A DNA stretch of 64,000 nucleotides from assembly GCA_038045705.1 (NCBI GenBank), contig JBBSXO010000003.1, forward strand, positions 1-64,000. Reading direction: 5' to 3'. Under the pieces are notes generated by a model. The model had not been told where the DNA came from, made no database searches, and saw nothing but the letters and a program-made list of their open reading frames with translations. A program made the translations under genes and the position numbers. This DNA comes from Nanobdellota archaeon (GTDB lineage Archaea; Nanobdellota; Nanobdellia; Pacearchaeales; GW2011-AR1). Below are positions 1-9,831 of this stretch, in pieces; position 1 is the first letter of the stretch, and each line of letters begins with the position of its first letter.

Positions 1-242
1 CTACCGTTAAACTCTTTTAGATCTCTAACTAATTTGTCTAAAGAGGCTAGAATTTCTTGATGTCTTCTAGTTAACCTATCTAGAGCAGGTTTACATCTTG
101 CTACTTCTTCAGCATCAAGTTTTGCAAGTATAGGTAAATAAGTATCCAATTCAGTTTGTTCCGTAGTAGTATATCCTCTTTGCATGCGAATGTCTAAAAG
201 AACATGATATCTTTCCCAGTTTACATTCTCCTGTTTTGTCAT
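1..242 (-). CDS. Hypothetical protein, partial (runs off the window start)
   Basis: Hand translation from ATG at 242: MTKQENVNWERYHVLLDIRMQRGY..., open to the window edge; TATA-like TTTTAAA upstream. Confidence 0.55.
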   Translation of the reverse strand, partial: MTKQENVNWERYHVLLDIRMQRGYTTTEQTELDTYLPILAKLDAEEVARCKPALDRLTRRHQEILASLDKLVRDLKEFNG

Positions 243-302
243 TGAAAGAAACGATTAAAACCGTTTAAAAACCTTTTTAAGTGACATTCAGCACCTCTTA
301 AT

Positions 303-2030
303 ATGATGATTCGCCAACCAATCATAACTGTAGCAGGTCATGTAGACCATGGAAAAACTAGCCTCTTAGATTGTTTTAGAAATAGTTCTGTTCAAGAAAA
401 AGAAGCTGGAGGTATTACCCAAAAAATCTCATTCACAAAATATCCATTTGACCAAATAAAGAAGGTCTGTCCATTAATTGACAAAGCAGGAATTGACTTG
501 AAAATCCCAGGATTCTTATTTATAGATACCCCTGGACACGCTGCCTTCACAAATCTAAGACAAAGAGGTGGTTCTCTAGCAGACATAGCAATTCTTGTAG
601 TAGATATAAAAGAAGGAATACAGCCTCAAACGGCAGAAGTAATTCAAATTTTAAAGGCAAACAAAACACCTTTTGTTATTGCTTTAAATAAAGTAGATAA
701 ATTATCTGGGTGGAGAAAAGAAGATACAATAAAGAAATCTTTGGAAAATTTGCCAGCTCATACAAAAAGTGAGTTTGAAATATCTTTTGGGACTTTCCAA
801 TCATCTTTACAAGCACATGGTTTTGAAAGCGATTTATTCTATGAGGTATCTGATTTTACAAAAAAGATAGCGGTAGTTCCATGTTCTGCAAGAACAAAAG
901 AAGGTATTCCAGAAATTCTTCTAGTGTTATGCGGTTTATCTCAAAAATTTCTAACAGAAAAACTGAAGCTATCAAAAGAGGCAAAGGGAATTCTCTTAGA
1001 AGTAAAGAAAGAACGTTCGATGGAAACAGCAGAAGCAATTCTATATGATGGTTCATTAAAAGAAGGAGACCAAATCGGAATAGCAACTCTAAATGGTGAA
1101 CTAATAGTCACTAAAATAAGATCTATAGAAGAAGTTATACAATTAAGCAATAAATTTAAAGCAACAAAGGAAGTTTTTGCAACAACTGGGATAAGGATAC
1201 AGTTGACAAATAAAGAAAACATACTTTCTGGAATGCCTTTTCAAAAAATAGAAGATAATGAGTCTGAATTAAGAGAAAAGTTTGCAAAAGAATTCAAAAA
1301 CACAATACATATCGATAAGGAAGGTATAATAGCAAAGGCAGATTCTCTAGGTAGTTTAGAAGCACTGTTAACACTATTAAAACAAGCAAATATTCTAGTA
1401 GTTAAAGCATCAATAGGAGAAATAGGAAAATCAGATATTGTAGTAGCAAAGGCAAACTTGGAACTAAACCCTCTAAATGCTATAATTTTAGGATTTAATG
1501 TAGAAAAAGAAACAGACATTCAACATGATAACAATATAAAAATATTGACAAATCAAGTAGTTTACAAATTAATTGAAGATCTTCAAAAATGGAGAGCAGA
1601 TAAACAAGCTAAAATAGAAAAAGAAAGAATGATGGAGCTAGCTTCAATATGTAAGTTAGAGATATTGCATAAATATCAATTCAGAAACTCAAATCCTGCA
1701 ATATTTGGGGTAAAAGTCTTAGCAGGTAAATTAAAGAAAAATATCCAATTAATAGATGAAACTGATGAACAAATAGCAAGAGTAAAAGCTATCCAAGAAG
1801 AAAAAGAATCTGTAGAAGAAGCATTTGAAGGTAAAGAGTTGGCAATGTCTCTTCCAGGAACAAATTTTGAACGCCAACTCGCAGATAAAAGGTATCTTTA
1901 TTCACAGATAGGTGAAAGTCAATTCAAAACTTTCAAAAAAAACAAAGACCTCTTATCCGAAACAGAAATAAAAGCACTCATGGAAATAGCAGAAATTAAG
2001 AGAAAAAAGAAGTCAGATTGGGGCAAGTAA
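303..2030 (+). CDS. infB: Translation initiation factor IF-2 (aIF5B)
   Basis: RQPIITVAGHVDHGKT, FIDTPGHAAFTNLRQRGG, NKVD, KADSLGSLEAL; archaeal length. Confidence 0.97.
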   Translation: MMIRQPIITVAGHVDHGKTSLLDCFRNSSVQEKEAGGITQKISFTKYPFDQIKKVCPLIDKAGIDLKIPGFLFIDTPGHAAFTNLRQRGGSLADIAILVVDIKEGIQPQTAEVIQILKANKTPFVIALNKVDKLSGWRKEDTIKKSLENLPAHTKSEFEISFGTFQSSLQAHGFESDLFYEVSDFTKKIAVVPCSARTKEGIPEILLVLCGLSQKFLTEKLKLSKEAKGILLEVKKERSMETAEAILYDGSLKEGDQIGIATLNGELIVTKIRSIEEVIQLSNKFKATKEVFATTGIRIQLTNKENILSGMPFQKIEDNESELREKFAKEFKNTIHIDKEGIIAKADSLGSLEALLTLLKQANILVVKASIGEIGKSDIVVAKANLELNPLNAIILGFNVEKETDIQHDNNIKILTNQVVYKLIEDLQKWRADKQAKIEKERMMELASICKLEILHKYQFRNSNPAIFGVKVLAGKLKKNIQLIDETDEQIARVKAIQEEKESVEEAFEGKELAMSLPGTNFERQLADKRYLYSQIGESQFKTFKKNKDLLSETEIKALMEIAEIKRKKKSDWGK

Positions 2031-2052
2031 CTATTTTAATTATAAGTTATGA

Positions 2053-2574
2053 TTAACAAAAAGGTACTGGACCTTCTGCCTCTCCACCGCAAAATGGTAT
2101 AGGACCGTCACATTCATCATCAATTATTTTCTTAACAGGCACAGACTCTCGTGGAATATAAGGGACTACCACAGACCCACTTCTTGGATGAGATAAACCA
2201 AATCTTTGACCATCTCCCATAAGATGTAATTGCAATTCTATTCCCTCTAATTTTACAGGAGACTTAGATTCATTTTCATACCATAATAAGTTATTTAGCC
2301 CTACTGGTCCTATTATTATACCATTTGAAAGTCCGCTAAATCTAAAGTCGAAAGCCTTACCCCTCTCAGAAATAGTATTGTGAACTCTTTCCACTTTAAC
2401 AGGTTGCCTTGTAGTTGCTTCAGCTAATTCATAAAGCAAATCTTTTCTAGTTAAACTAAATAATTTATGAGTCCATCTTCCTTGTACTTGTAAAAGATAA
2501 CTTGGAACCAATTCAAATCTATTTTTTCCAACCCAGTAACCCGTACATTCATCAGGTAAATATAGCATGACCAT
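2053..2574 (-). CDS. Hypothetical protein
   Basis: 173-aa ORF with ATG start and upstream TATA; no recognised motif. Confidence 0.55.
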   Translation of the reverse strand: MVMLYLPDECTGYWVGKNRFELVPSYLLQVQGRWTHKLFSLTRKDLLYELAEATTRQPVKVERVHNTISERGKAFDFRFSGLSNGIIIGPVGLNNLLWYENESKSPVKLEGIELQLHLMGDGQRFGLSHPRSGSVVVPYIPRESVPVKKIIDDECDGPIPFCGGEAEGPVPFC

Positions 2575-2756
2575 AAAAAAGCCCAGAACATAAGGTATAT
2601 AAATATTTAGGACAATTATCTATGGTAATTATATGGCAATATCTATAAAGTTCGTTTTAGTCTAATTCATATAAAGACTTTAGAAAACCTATGAACTTCT
2701 GGAGAGGTCCTTTAGGAAAAAGAAAGCAATATAAGTAGTAAAGCCCTAATTACTAC

Positions 2757-3137
2757 ATGCAATTAATTCTAATACTGTCAATTATAGGCATTGTAATAAC
2801 AAGATACATCTCAATAGCACATATTCTAAAGAAAAAAGTAATTTGCCCAATAAACAGTAAAAGTTGCAATATAGTTTTAGATAGCAAATATTCAAGAACT
2901 TTAGGAATAAAAAACGAGTTTATTGGTTTAACCTATTATATTGCAGTCATAACTGCTATTTTCATAATACCTTCAACAAACATATTATTGGTAACAAAAC
3001 TAATGTCAATTCTAGCAACAACATATTCAATAATATTATTAGTCATCCAAATAAGAGTAATAAAAAACTACTGTTCTTGGTGCATAACTACTGCAATAAT
3101 CAATGTTATGTTATGTTTATTGATTATAAGCATTTAA
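2757..3137 (+). CDS. Vitamin K epoxide reductase (VKOR) family protein
   Basis: [17 protein letters not shown] loop, 4 TM helices, C-terminal CSWC redox motif. Confidence 0.9.
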   Translation: MQLILILSIIGIVITRYISIAHILKKKVICPINSKSCNIVLDSKYSRTLGIKNEFIGLTYYIAVITAIFIIPSTNILLVTKLMSILATTYSIILLVIQIRVIKNYCSWCITTAIINVMLCLLIISI

Positions 3138-5080
3138 TCAATTTTAGACCTTCTTAATAAATTAGCATTTGTAACAACACTTATTGATGATAAAGCCATC
3201 GCTATTTCAGCTATAATTGGGTGCAACAATCCCAAAACAGCAAGAGGAATAGCCACAATATTATAAGCAAATGCCCAAAACAAATTTTGCTTAATTTTTC
3301 TAAAAGTTGCCTTGCTCAAATTAATAGCTTGAACAACTCCTAGTAAAGAACCATTAGCAAGAACAATATCTCCAGATTCAATTGCAATGTCAGTACCTGT
3401 TCCCATTGCAATTCCTACATTACTTTGTTTTAATGCTGGAGCGTCATTTATACCATCACCAATAAAAACAACCATTCCATCTTTTTGCAGTTCCTCTACT
3501 TTCTTAGCCTTATCTTCAGGAAGAACATTTGCAATTACCTCTTTAATTCCAACTTGCTCCGCAATGGCTTTTGCAGTCTTTTCATTGTCTCCTGTAAGCA
3601 TTACTGTTCTGTACCCTTGAGAATTAAGTTTTGCAATTGCTTCTACAGATTCTTCCTTAACTGCATCAGCAACAGCAATTAACCCAATAACTTTCTTGCC
3701 TTCAGCAATAATCATAACTGTTTTTCCAAGAGTTTCATATTTCTCAATTTCTATTTCAAAATCAGAATAATTTATTCTTCTATCATTCATTAAAGCTCTA
3801 TTTCCAACAACAAATTCCTTATTTTCAATTTTTCCAATAATTCCCTTTCCCCTAACTATCGAGAAAGAAGTAACCTTAAGATATTTACTAAGTCCTGCTT
3901 TAGAAACTATAGCATGAGCAATAGGATGTTCACTTAACTTCTCAAGTGAAGCAACAACTTGAAGTAAATAACTTTCCTTAACTTTAGAAAATATATCTGT
4001 AACTTCAGGTTTTCCTTTAGTTATTGTTCCTGTTTTATCAAAAACAATAGTCTTTATTTCTTTCATTGTTTGAATAGCTTCTCCTTTTCTTATCAAAATT
4101 CCACGTTTAGCGCCCATTCCAGAACCAACCATCAGAGCAGTTGGCGTAGCGAGACCCAATGCACAAGGACAAGCAATAACCAATACTGCTACTCCAACTC
4201 CTATGGCCTTGCTCAAATTTCCAAAAAGTAACCACCAATTAACAAATGTCAAAATAGAAAGAACAAGAATAATTGGTACAAAAACAGAAGTTATTTTATC
4301 AGCCAATTTTTGAATAGGTATCTTAGAACTCTGAGTCTCTTCAACTAAATTGATTATATGTGCTAAAAAAGTATCTTTTCCGATTTTAGTCGCTTTAACA
4401 TAAAGAATACCATCTTGATTTATTGTAGCACCTATTACATTACTCCCTTTTAATTTATCAATAGGTAAACTCTCTCCAGTAACCATTGACTCATCAACAG
4501 AACTTCCCCCTTTAACAACTACACCATCAGTAGGTATCTTTTCTCCAGGTTTAACAATCATTACATCTCCTATAACAACCTCTTCAATAGATATCTCAAT
4601 CTCCTTACTATTTCTAATAACAATAGATTTCTTAGCACCGAGTTCAAGTAATTTTTTTATCTCAGAACTTGCTCTTCCTCTAGCTTTTGATTCAACATAT
4701 TTTCCAGTTGTAAAAAAAGCCATAATCATAGCAGAAACACCTGAATAGTCAGTAACAAACCCAGTAAATGAAAATATTCCTGTCAAATAAGCGACCAAAG
4801 TACCCAGTGCAATAAGTGAATCCATATTGAAATAAAAAGTAAATAGTCCTTGCAAACCAGATTTAATAGTATCAAACCCAAAAATAAAAAGAACTGGAAA
4901 ACCTAAAATTAAAGTAATAATTATAGAATAAGGCATCTCAACAATCGCATACCCAAAGAGTCTCTCAGAAAGCATCAACAAAGCAATAGGAATAGTAAAA
5001 ACCCATGACCAAATTAATTTTCTTTTCCAGCTAACTACTTCATGGTCCTCAATCGGTTTTTCCTGATGACTTTCATTCAT
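3134..5080 (-). CDS. copA: Cu(I)-translocating P1B-type ATPase without fused N-terminal HMA domain
   Basis: [34 protein letters not shown] and MALSS P1B-1 motifs. Confidence 0.95.
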   Translation of the reverse strand: MNESHQEKPIEDHEVVSWKRKLIWSWVFTIPIALLMLSERLFGYAIVEMPYSIIITLILGFPVLFIFGFDTIKSGLQGLFTFYFNMDSLIALGTLVAYLTGIFSFTGFVTDYSGVSAMIMAFFTTGKYVESKARGRASSEIKKLLELGAKKSIVIRNSKEIEISIEEVVIGDVMIVKPGEKIPTDGVVVKGGSSVDESMVTGESLPIDKLKGSNVIGATINQDGILYVKATKIGKDTFLAHIINLVEETQSSKIPIQKLADKITSVFVPIILVLSILTFVNWWLLFGNLSKAIGVGVAVLVIACPCALGLATPTALMVGSGMGAKRGILIRKGEAIQTMKEIKTIVFDKTGTITKGKPEVTDIFSKVKESYLLQVVASLEKLSEHPIAHAIVSKAGLSKYLKVTSFSIVRGKGIIGKIENKEFVVGNRALMNDRRINYSDFEIEIEKYETLGKTVMIIAEGKKVIGLIAVADAVKEESVEAIAKLNSQGYRTVMLTGDNEKTAKAIAEQVGIKEVIANVLPEDKAKKVEELQKDGMVVFIGDGINDAPALKQSNVGIAMGTGTDIAIESGDIVLANGSLLGVVQAINLSKATFRKIKQNLFWAFAYNIVAIPLAVLGLLHPIIAEIAMALSSISVVTNANLLRRSKID

Positions 5081-5289
5081 TCTACTTTCACAACCTTATA
5101 ACCCACTTTAGCAACAGCTTTCTTTATTTCCTCAATATCGACGCCATCTTCAACTTCAACAGTTCCTTTTTTTAACATAATAGAAACAGAGACTTCCTTT
5201 ACACCAGAAACTTTTTTCAAACTTCTTTCTATATTAGATGCACAAGAGGCGCAATGCATTCCTTCAATACTTAATTTTAGTTTCTTCAT
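5077..5289 (-). CDS. copZ: Heavy-metal-associated copper chaperone
   Basis: GMHCASC motif, 70 aa, overlaps the copA start. Confidence 0.92.
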   Translation of the reverse strand: MKKLKLSIEGMHCASCASNIERSLKKVSGVKEVSVSIMLKKGTVEVEDGVDIEEIKKAVAKVGYKVVKVE

Positions 5290-5669
5290 TTGAATAATTC
5301 CTTAAATCCTTTTGGTAACCCTCTTAGGTAAAGCAAAGCAAGAGGAACACCCAAATTTGCCCACCTCTCTACAAAGTCCCAAATTGGATCTCCTGCAATT
5401 GGTCTTGCAAGACCAGTTAAAAATGCCCAAAGAGACGCCCATATCAACATCAATCTAAATGGATAAATTAAAGCAAGAATTGCAATTAATATATCTACAA
5501 TTCCTATCCCAATCATTAAATTATTTGCCAAATCACCTGTTATTCCTGTAAATGCAGTTAGCATCTCAAGAAAACGAGGTTTTAGTTGAAGAGCAAACAC
5601 TCCGTGCCCAAAGAACTCTCCAAACATGGCTATTCTCAAAATCCATTCTATTTTATTATTGTTTTTCAT
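5286..5669 (-). CDS. Membrane protein, DoxX-like, in the copper cluster
   Basis: LRIAMFGEFFGHG ... WDFVERWAN, 3-4 TM helices. Confidence 0.6.
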   Translation of the reverse strand: MKNNNKIEWILRIAMFGEFFGHGVFALQLKPRFLEMLTAFTGITGDLANNLMIGIGIVDILIAILALIYPFRLMLIWASLWAFLTGLARPIAGDPIWDFVERWANLGVPLALLYLRGLPKGFKELFK

Positions 5670-5670
5670 T

Positions 5671-5835
5671 TTATTGATTTAATTTAATTGCATCTTTAAC
5701 AATATCAATGTTACAGCTTTTATGTTTCATACACCAAACTTCACATTCATCAGCAGTTAATCTATCTCTATAAATCCAGCCACATCTAAGACATTTGTAA
5801 AGTATCTCTCCTTCAATATTAGTTTCTTCCGACAT
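5671..5835 (-). CDS. Small Cys/His metal-binding protein
   Basis: YKCLRCGWIY...CEVWCMKHKSC; ATG at 5835 follows a GGAGG SD, so start moved from 5868. Confidence 0.7.
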   Translation of the reverse strand: MSEETNIEGEILYKCLRCGWIYRDRLTADECEVWCMKHKSCNIDIVKDAIKLNQ

Positions 5836-6103
5836 TGCGCCTCCCATCATTTTGCAATTGTTTAACAATCCAAACTAATAATACTATAAAAACGACCAAA
5901 GATAAAATCATGAATAAAAACCCAAATATTGGGAAGTAACACCATATTCCTCCAATTTGGGAGCACAGATAAGAATTTCCATAACCCATCATCCCCATCA
6001 TACCATAACCTCCAAAGCTCATCATACTAAATCCACTAAATAAGACAATAACTAATATAATCAAGACAATAACTAAACCATTATCTTGTTTTTTATTTTT
6101 CAT
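5819..6103 (-). CDS. Small Met/Gly-rich membrane protein
   Basis: Two TM helices flanking MMSFGGYGMMGMMGYG; likely start MKNKKQD overlapping the upstream stop. Confidence 0.65.
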   Translation of the reverse strand: MKNKKQDNGLVIVLIILVIVLFSGFSMMSFGGYGMMGMMGYGNSYLCSQIGGIWCYFPIFGFLFMILSLVVFIVLLVWIVKQLQNDGRRNVGRN

Positions 6104-6474
6104 TCTACAATCAACACTCCTGTTCCCATACCCATACTGCAAGCAAATGTGTATCTCCCAATTATGGTCGGAGTAAATTCAACATAATCTTCAGGAGTTT
6201 TAAGGTGTTTACGTATTCCAAAATCATTTATGGTAAAATCACGTAAACAACCAACAACACTTGAATCAAGATAAATCCTAACTGGAATTCCAGCCTGAAC
6301 CTTAACAGTATTTGGAGAATAGTTATAATCTTTTAAACTCAAAACAACCTCTTGCACTCCATCTATAACTGGAGCAGTATAAACTTCTTCACTAACTGAA
6401 TTTCCTTTCACCATAATAAAGCCAAAAGCAACAGCAAGCACAATTATCCCTATCAAATAAATTGAGTTTTTCAT
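6100..6474 (-). CDS. Cupredoxin-domain protein
   Basis: N-terminal TM, YSPNTVKVQAGIPV, GC, YTFACSMGM; likely start MKNSIY. Confidence 0.85.
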   Translation of the reverse strand: MKNSIYLIGIIVLAVAFGFIMVKGNSVSEEVYTAPVIDGVQEVVLSLKDYNYSPNTVKVQAGIPVRIYLDSSVVGCLRDFTINDFGIRKHLKTPEDYVEFTPTIIGRYTFACSMGMGTGVLIVE

Positions 6475-7145
6475 TGTAATAGTAAACTCCTTGGTCCAAA
6501 TACTGAAATCCATATAGTTAAAGTAGTTAGTAAAAAACTCAAAACTATATTAAAGAAATTATCTTCATATTTTCTATCAGCACCTTTAGTTTCTCTGAAG
6601 ATCATAAAATTCAATCCGATTAAAATAACAGAAGAGATAACAAAAACTATAACTCCAGCAATCTTCAAATTATCATTAAACATCATTATAGCAGTCATTG
6701 CTCCCATCAACCCACCCATAAAACCAGACATCATGCCTTCCATTATTCCCATGATACCACAACATTTTCCAGACCAAACTCCAAGAGAGATACCTACAAG
6801 CATCCCCCAAACACTCCCATAAAACATTCCATTAGTAGCCCCAACATAAAATCCAGCCAAAAACCCTGAAATCATTCCAAGAGTCATACCAATCATCATT
6901 CCGCTCATACAAGGAAATTCTTTGTAAGGTCTAATATGTTTCAAAGTAGAAACAATCAAAGAATAACTAAGAATTGCAAAGAATATGTAAAAACCATATT
7001 TAGGCATAAAATCTTCAACATATCTAAGTCTAATAAAATAAGCAAAGAGAAAAACAGAAAAAGATACAATAAGGGAAATAAATACACTTTTAACAAAACT
7101 ATCATTTCTGTTAGTCATAAACTTACTAAATTCTTTGAAAGTCAT
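6471..7145 (-). CDS. Met/Gly-rich polytopic membrane protein, putative copper transport or binding
   Basis: CMSGMMIGMTLGM and CCGIMGIMEGMMSGFMGGLMGAM; ~7 TM; first gene of the copper operon. Confidence 0.7.
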   Translation of the reverse strand: MTFKEFSKFMTNRNDSFVKSVFISLIVSFSVFLFAYFIRLRYVEDFMPKYGFYIFFAILSYSLIVSTLKHIRPYKEFPCMSGMMIGMTLGMISGFLAGFYVGATNGMFYGSVWGMLVGISLGVWSGKCCGIMGIMEGMMSGFMGGLMGAMTAIMMFNDNLKIAGVIVFVISSVILIGLNFMIFRETKGADRKYEDNFFNIVLSFLLTTLTIWISVFGPRSLLLQ

Positions 7146-7178
7146 AAAATCATATAACTTTTCTAATATAAAAGCCCT

Positions 7179-7200
7179 TTTGTGAAACTAGTTTCACAAA
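7179..7200. promoter_or_regulatory. Perfect 22-bp palindrome, putative operator between divergent promoters
   Basis: TTTGTGAAACTAGTTTCACAAA is its own reverse complement and lies between two opposing TATA boxes. Confidence 0.75.
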
Positions 7201-7235
7201 GAAAGTTATATAAATATCATATTGCGAAACAATAT

Positions 7236-7526
7236 ATGAAACGTGAAATTTCAGAGCCACATTATAGTTTTGATCAGATTCTTGGAATTTGTAGAGGACT
7301 TGATGATCCAGTCAATACAACTATTTCGAGCATAAGAACACATGCGGCTAATACGGGACTTGCCAAAGAAATTCAAAGAACTCAAACACTAACTGGATCT
7401 GTCCGCCATTTAGTCAAGGAAACTGATGTCTTTTATATTATTAGAGATTTAGCCGGAGAAAGAGAACCAGAAATTGAAGTCACAGATATAAGATCTACTG
7501 CCTCTAGGTTAGGCTACAGAAAATAA
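7236..7526 (+). CDS. Hypothetical protein
   Basis: ATG at 7236 lies ~25 nt after TTATATAAA; the GTG at 7182 falls inside the palindrome. Confidence 0.55.
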   Translation: MKREISEPHYSFDQILGICRGLDDPVNTTISSIRTHAANTGLAKEIQRTQTLTGSVRHLVKETDVFYIIRDLAGEREPEIEVTDIRSTASRLGYRK

Positions 7527-7592
7527 AAAGTATCTTAAATACAATAAAAACTCATTTAGCAATATTTAAAAGTGAAATATAGAACTAAATAT

Positions 7593-8084
7593 ATGGAAAA
7601 CAAGAACGTAGGCTATATTCTCTTAGGAGTATCAATTATAATCATATTAATAATATTTATGTTCAAAACAGCTCTAACTGGTTTTGTAGACTCGAGTTGT
7701 ACAATAGCTCATGGAGGCAATTATTGCCCAATGTATGATACAATAACTCAACAAACATATCTTGCTCTAGCAATAGTAGGGATTCTAATAATAGTCTCTA
7801 TAGTTCTCATATTATCAAAACAAAGCGAAAAAATAATAATAAAAACAAAAACTATAGAAAAAAAGCAAGAGAAAAAGAAGATAAATACAAAAGAATTAAA
7901 CAAAGAAGAGAAAATAGTTCTTAAACTAATAATGGAGAATAAGACAATCTTTCAAGCAGATTTAATAGAAAAAACAAATTTTAGTAAAGCAAAGATAACA
8001 AGAATAATAGACCGATTAGAAGGCAAAGGAATAGTAGAGAGAAAAAGACGAGGGATGACAAATATTGTTGTCCTGAAGGGATAA
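7593..8084 (+). CDS. Membrane-anchored winged-helix (MarR-like) transcription regulator
   Basis: Two TM helices around CTIAHGGNYCPMY; C-terminal IFQADLIEKTNFSKAKITRIIDRLEGKGIVERKRRGMTNIV wHTH. Confidence 0.85.
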   Translation: MENKNVGYILLGVSIIIILIIFMFKTALTGFVDSSCTIAHGGNYCPMYDTITQQTYLALAIVGILIIVSIVLILSKQSEKIIIKTKTIEKKQEKKKINTKELNKEEKIVLKLIMENKTIFQADLIEKTNFSKAKITRIIDRLEGKGIVERKRRGMTNIVVLKG

Positions 8085-8131
8085 AAACTACTATCTACAA
8101 CATTTAAAAACCCACAACTACAAGAAAAACA

Positions 8132-8575
8132 ATGGTATTCAAATTAAACATATCCGATAAGGGAAAGGCTTGGAAAGTTGAATCGAGTGCAGAATCTCTT
8201 ATTGGAAAAAAGATAAATGAAGAATTAGATGGGTCAGATTTATCAGAATCTTTATCAGGTTACACTTTAAAAATCACAGGTGGAACAGATAGTTCTGGAT
8301 TCCCTCATAAATCAGATGTACAAGGATCCGAATTAAAAAGAGTAATTCTAACTAAAGGGTGGGGAATGCATAAAAAACCAAGAAGAGCTGGAAAAAAGAA
8401 ATTACAAACATTCAAAGGTCTTAGACTAAGAAAAACAGTAAGAGGAACTCAGATTTCAGAAAAAAGCGCCCAAATTAATATGATAGTTATAAAACACGGT
8501 TCAAAATCATTGCAAGAATTATTCCCTGATCAAAACAAACCAAAAGAAAAAGTAGAAGTAGCTCCGGCGCAATAA
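8132..8575 (+). CDS. rps6e: 30S ribosomal protein S6e
   Basis: FKLNISD, GYTLKITGGTDSSGFP, GLRLRKTVRG. Confidence 0.96.
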   Translation: MVFKLNISDKGKAWKVESSAESLIGKKINEELDGSDLSESLSGYTLKITGGTDSSGFPHKSDVQGSELKRVILTKGWGMHKKPRRAGKKKLQTFKGLRLRKTVRGTQISEKSAQINMIVIKHGSKSLQELFPDQNKPKEKVEVAPAQ

Positions 8576-8651
8576 TGGTTCTAAAAATCTAATAATTGAA
8601 TTTACAATTATACCTAACAGCATTTAAAAACCTAAGAATTTCTAAACATTT

Positions 8652-9827
8652 ATGCAAGAACTTGAAACATTAAATGTAATAATTGCTGGTCATATCGATC
8701 ATGGTAAAACCACTTTATTATACAAATTAAGTGGGAAATGGACAGACACACATTCTGAAGAATTAAAGAGGGGAATCACAATCAAGTTAGGTTATGCAGA
8801 TATAACTATATCAAAAGATAATGAGTATAATATAGAAAATAAGGGAAAACAAGAAAGGTATGTTACTTTCATTGATGCTCCTGGACACGAAATGTTAATG
8901 GCTACAATGTTATCTGGAGCTGCAATAGTAGATGCAGCAATTCTTGTAGTGGCAGTAAATGAAGGAATCAAACCTCAAACTAGAGAACATTTAATGGCTC
9001 TACAAGCAAAAGACATCAAAAATATAATTATAGTTCAAAATAAAATTGACTTAATAAATAAAGAAAAAGCAATCGAAAATTATAATATGATAAAAAAAGA
9101 GTTCAAAGGAACAATTGCTGAAAATGCGATAATAATTCCTGTATCTTCTCAACAAGAAATAAACATAGAAAGAATTTACGAAGCATTATGTGAAATTAAA
9201 GTTCCTGAAAGAAATCTTAAAGATAAACCTTTATTTCTAGTAGCAAGAAGTTTTGATATAAATAAACCAGGAACAAAACCAAATGATCTGCATGGAGCGG
9301 TAATGGGTGGAACTCTAAAATCTGGAAAACTAAAGGTTGGAGATACAATAGAGATAAAACCTGGAATAATGATGAAAGAAGCAAATCAAATAAAATATAA
9401 AACAATCAAAACAAAAATAGTTTCTTTATACAAAGGTTCAAGCAAGACAAATGAGATAACTCCTGGGGGAAATACTGCAATAGAAACAGAACTAGATATG
9501 TCAATAGGAAAAACAGACACATTATCTGGTTGCGTAGTCTCAACAGAAAACAACTTACCTGAAATAAATAATAAAATTGTAATAAAACACCACTTATTTA
9601 AAGAATATGTTGGGGGAATCCAAATACCACCATTAAAGCCAGGAGAAACATTAATGCTTTCAATAAATACTTCTGTAACGGTAGGCATAATTTCAAAACT
9701 AGGAAAAGAAGAAGCTGAAATTTCATTAAAAATTCCAATAGTGCCTTTCAAAAACGACAAAGTAGGAATAGCAAGAAATATTAACAATCACTGGAGGCTA
9801 ATAGGTCACGGAGAAATAGTAAGATAA
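8652..9827 (+). CDS. eif2g: Translation initiation factor 2 gamma subunit
   Basis: GHIDHGKTT, WTDTHSEELKRGITIKLGYAD, DAPGHE, ARSFDINKPG, WRLIGHG. Confidence 0.96.
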   Translation: MQELETLNVIIAGHIDHGKTTLLYKLSGKWTDTHSEELKRGITIKLGYADITISKDNEYNIENKGKQERYVTFIDAPGHEMLMATMLSGAAIVDAAILVVAVNEGIKPQTREHLMALQAKDIKNIIIVQNKIDLINKEKAIENYNMIKKEFKGTIAENAIIIPVSSQQEINIERIYEALCEIKVPERNLKDKPLFLVARSFDINKPGTKPNDLHGAVMGGTLKSGKLKVGDTIEIKPGIMMKEANQIKYKTIKTKIVSLYKGSSKTNEITPGGNTAIETELDMSIGKTDTLSGCVVSTENNLPEINNKIVIKHHLFKEYVGGIQIPPLKPGETLMLSINTSVTVGIISKLGKEEAEISLKIPIVPFKNDKVGIARNINNHWRLIGHGEIVR

Positions 9828-9831
9828 CTCT

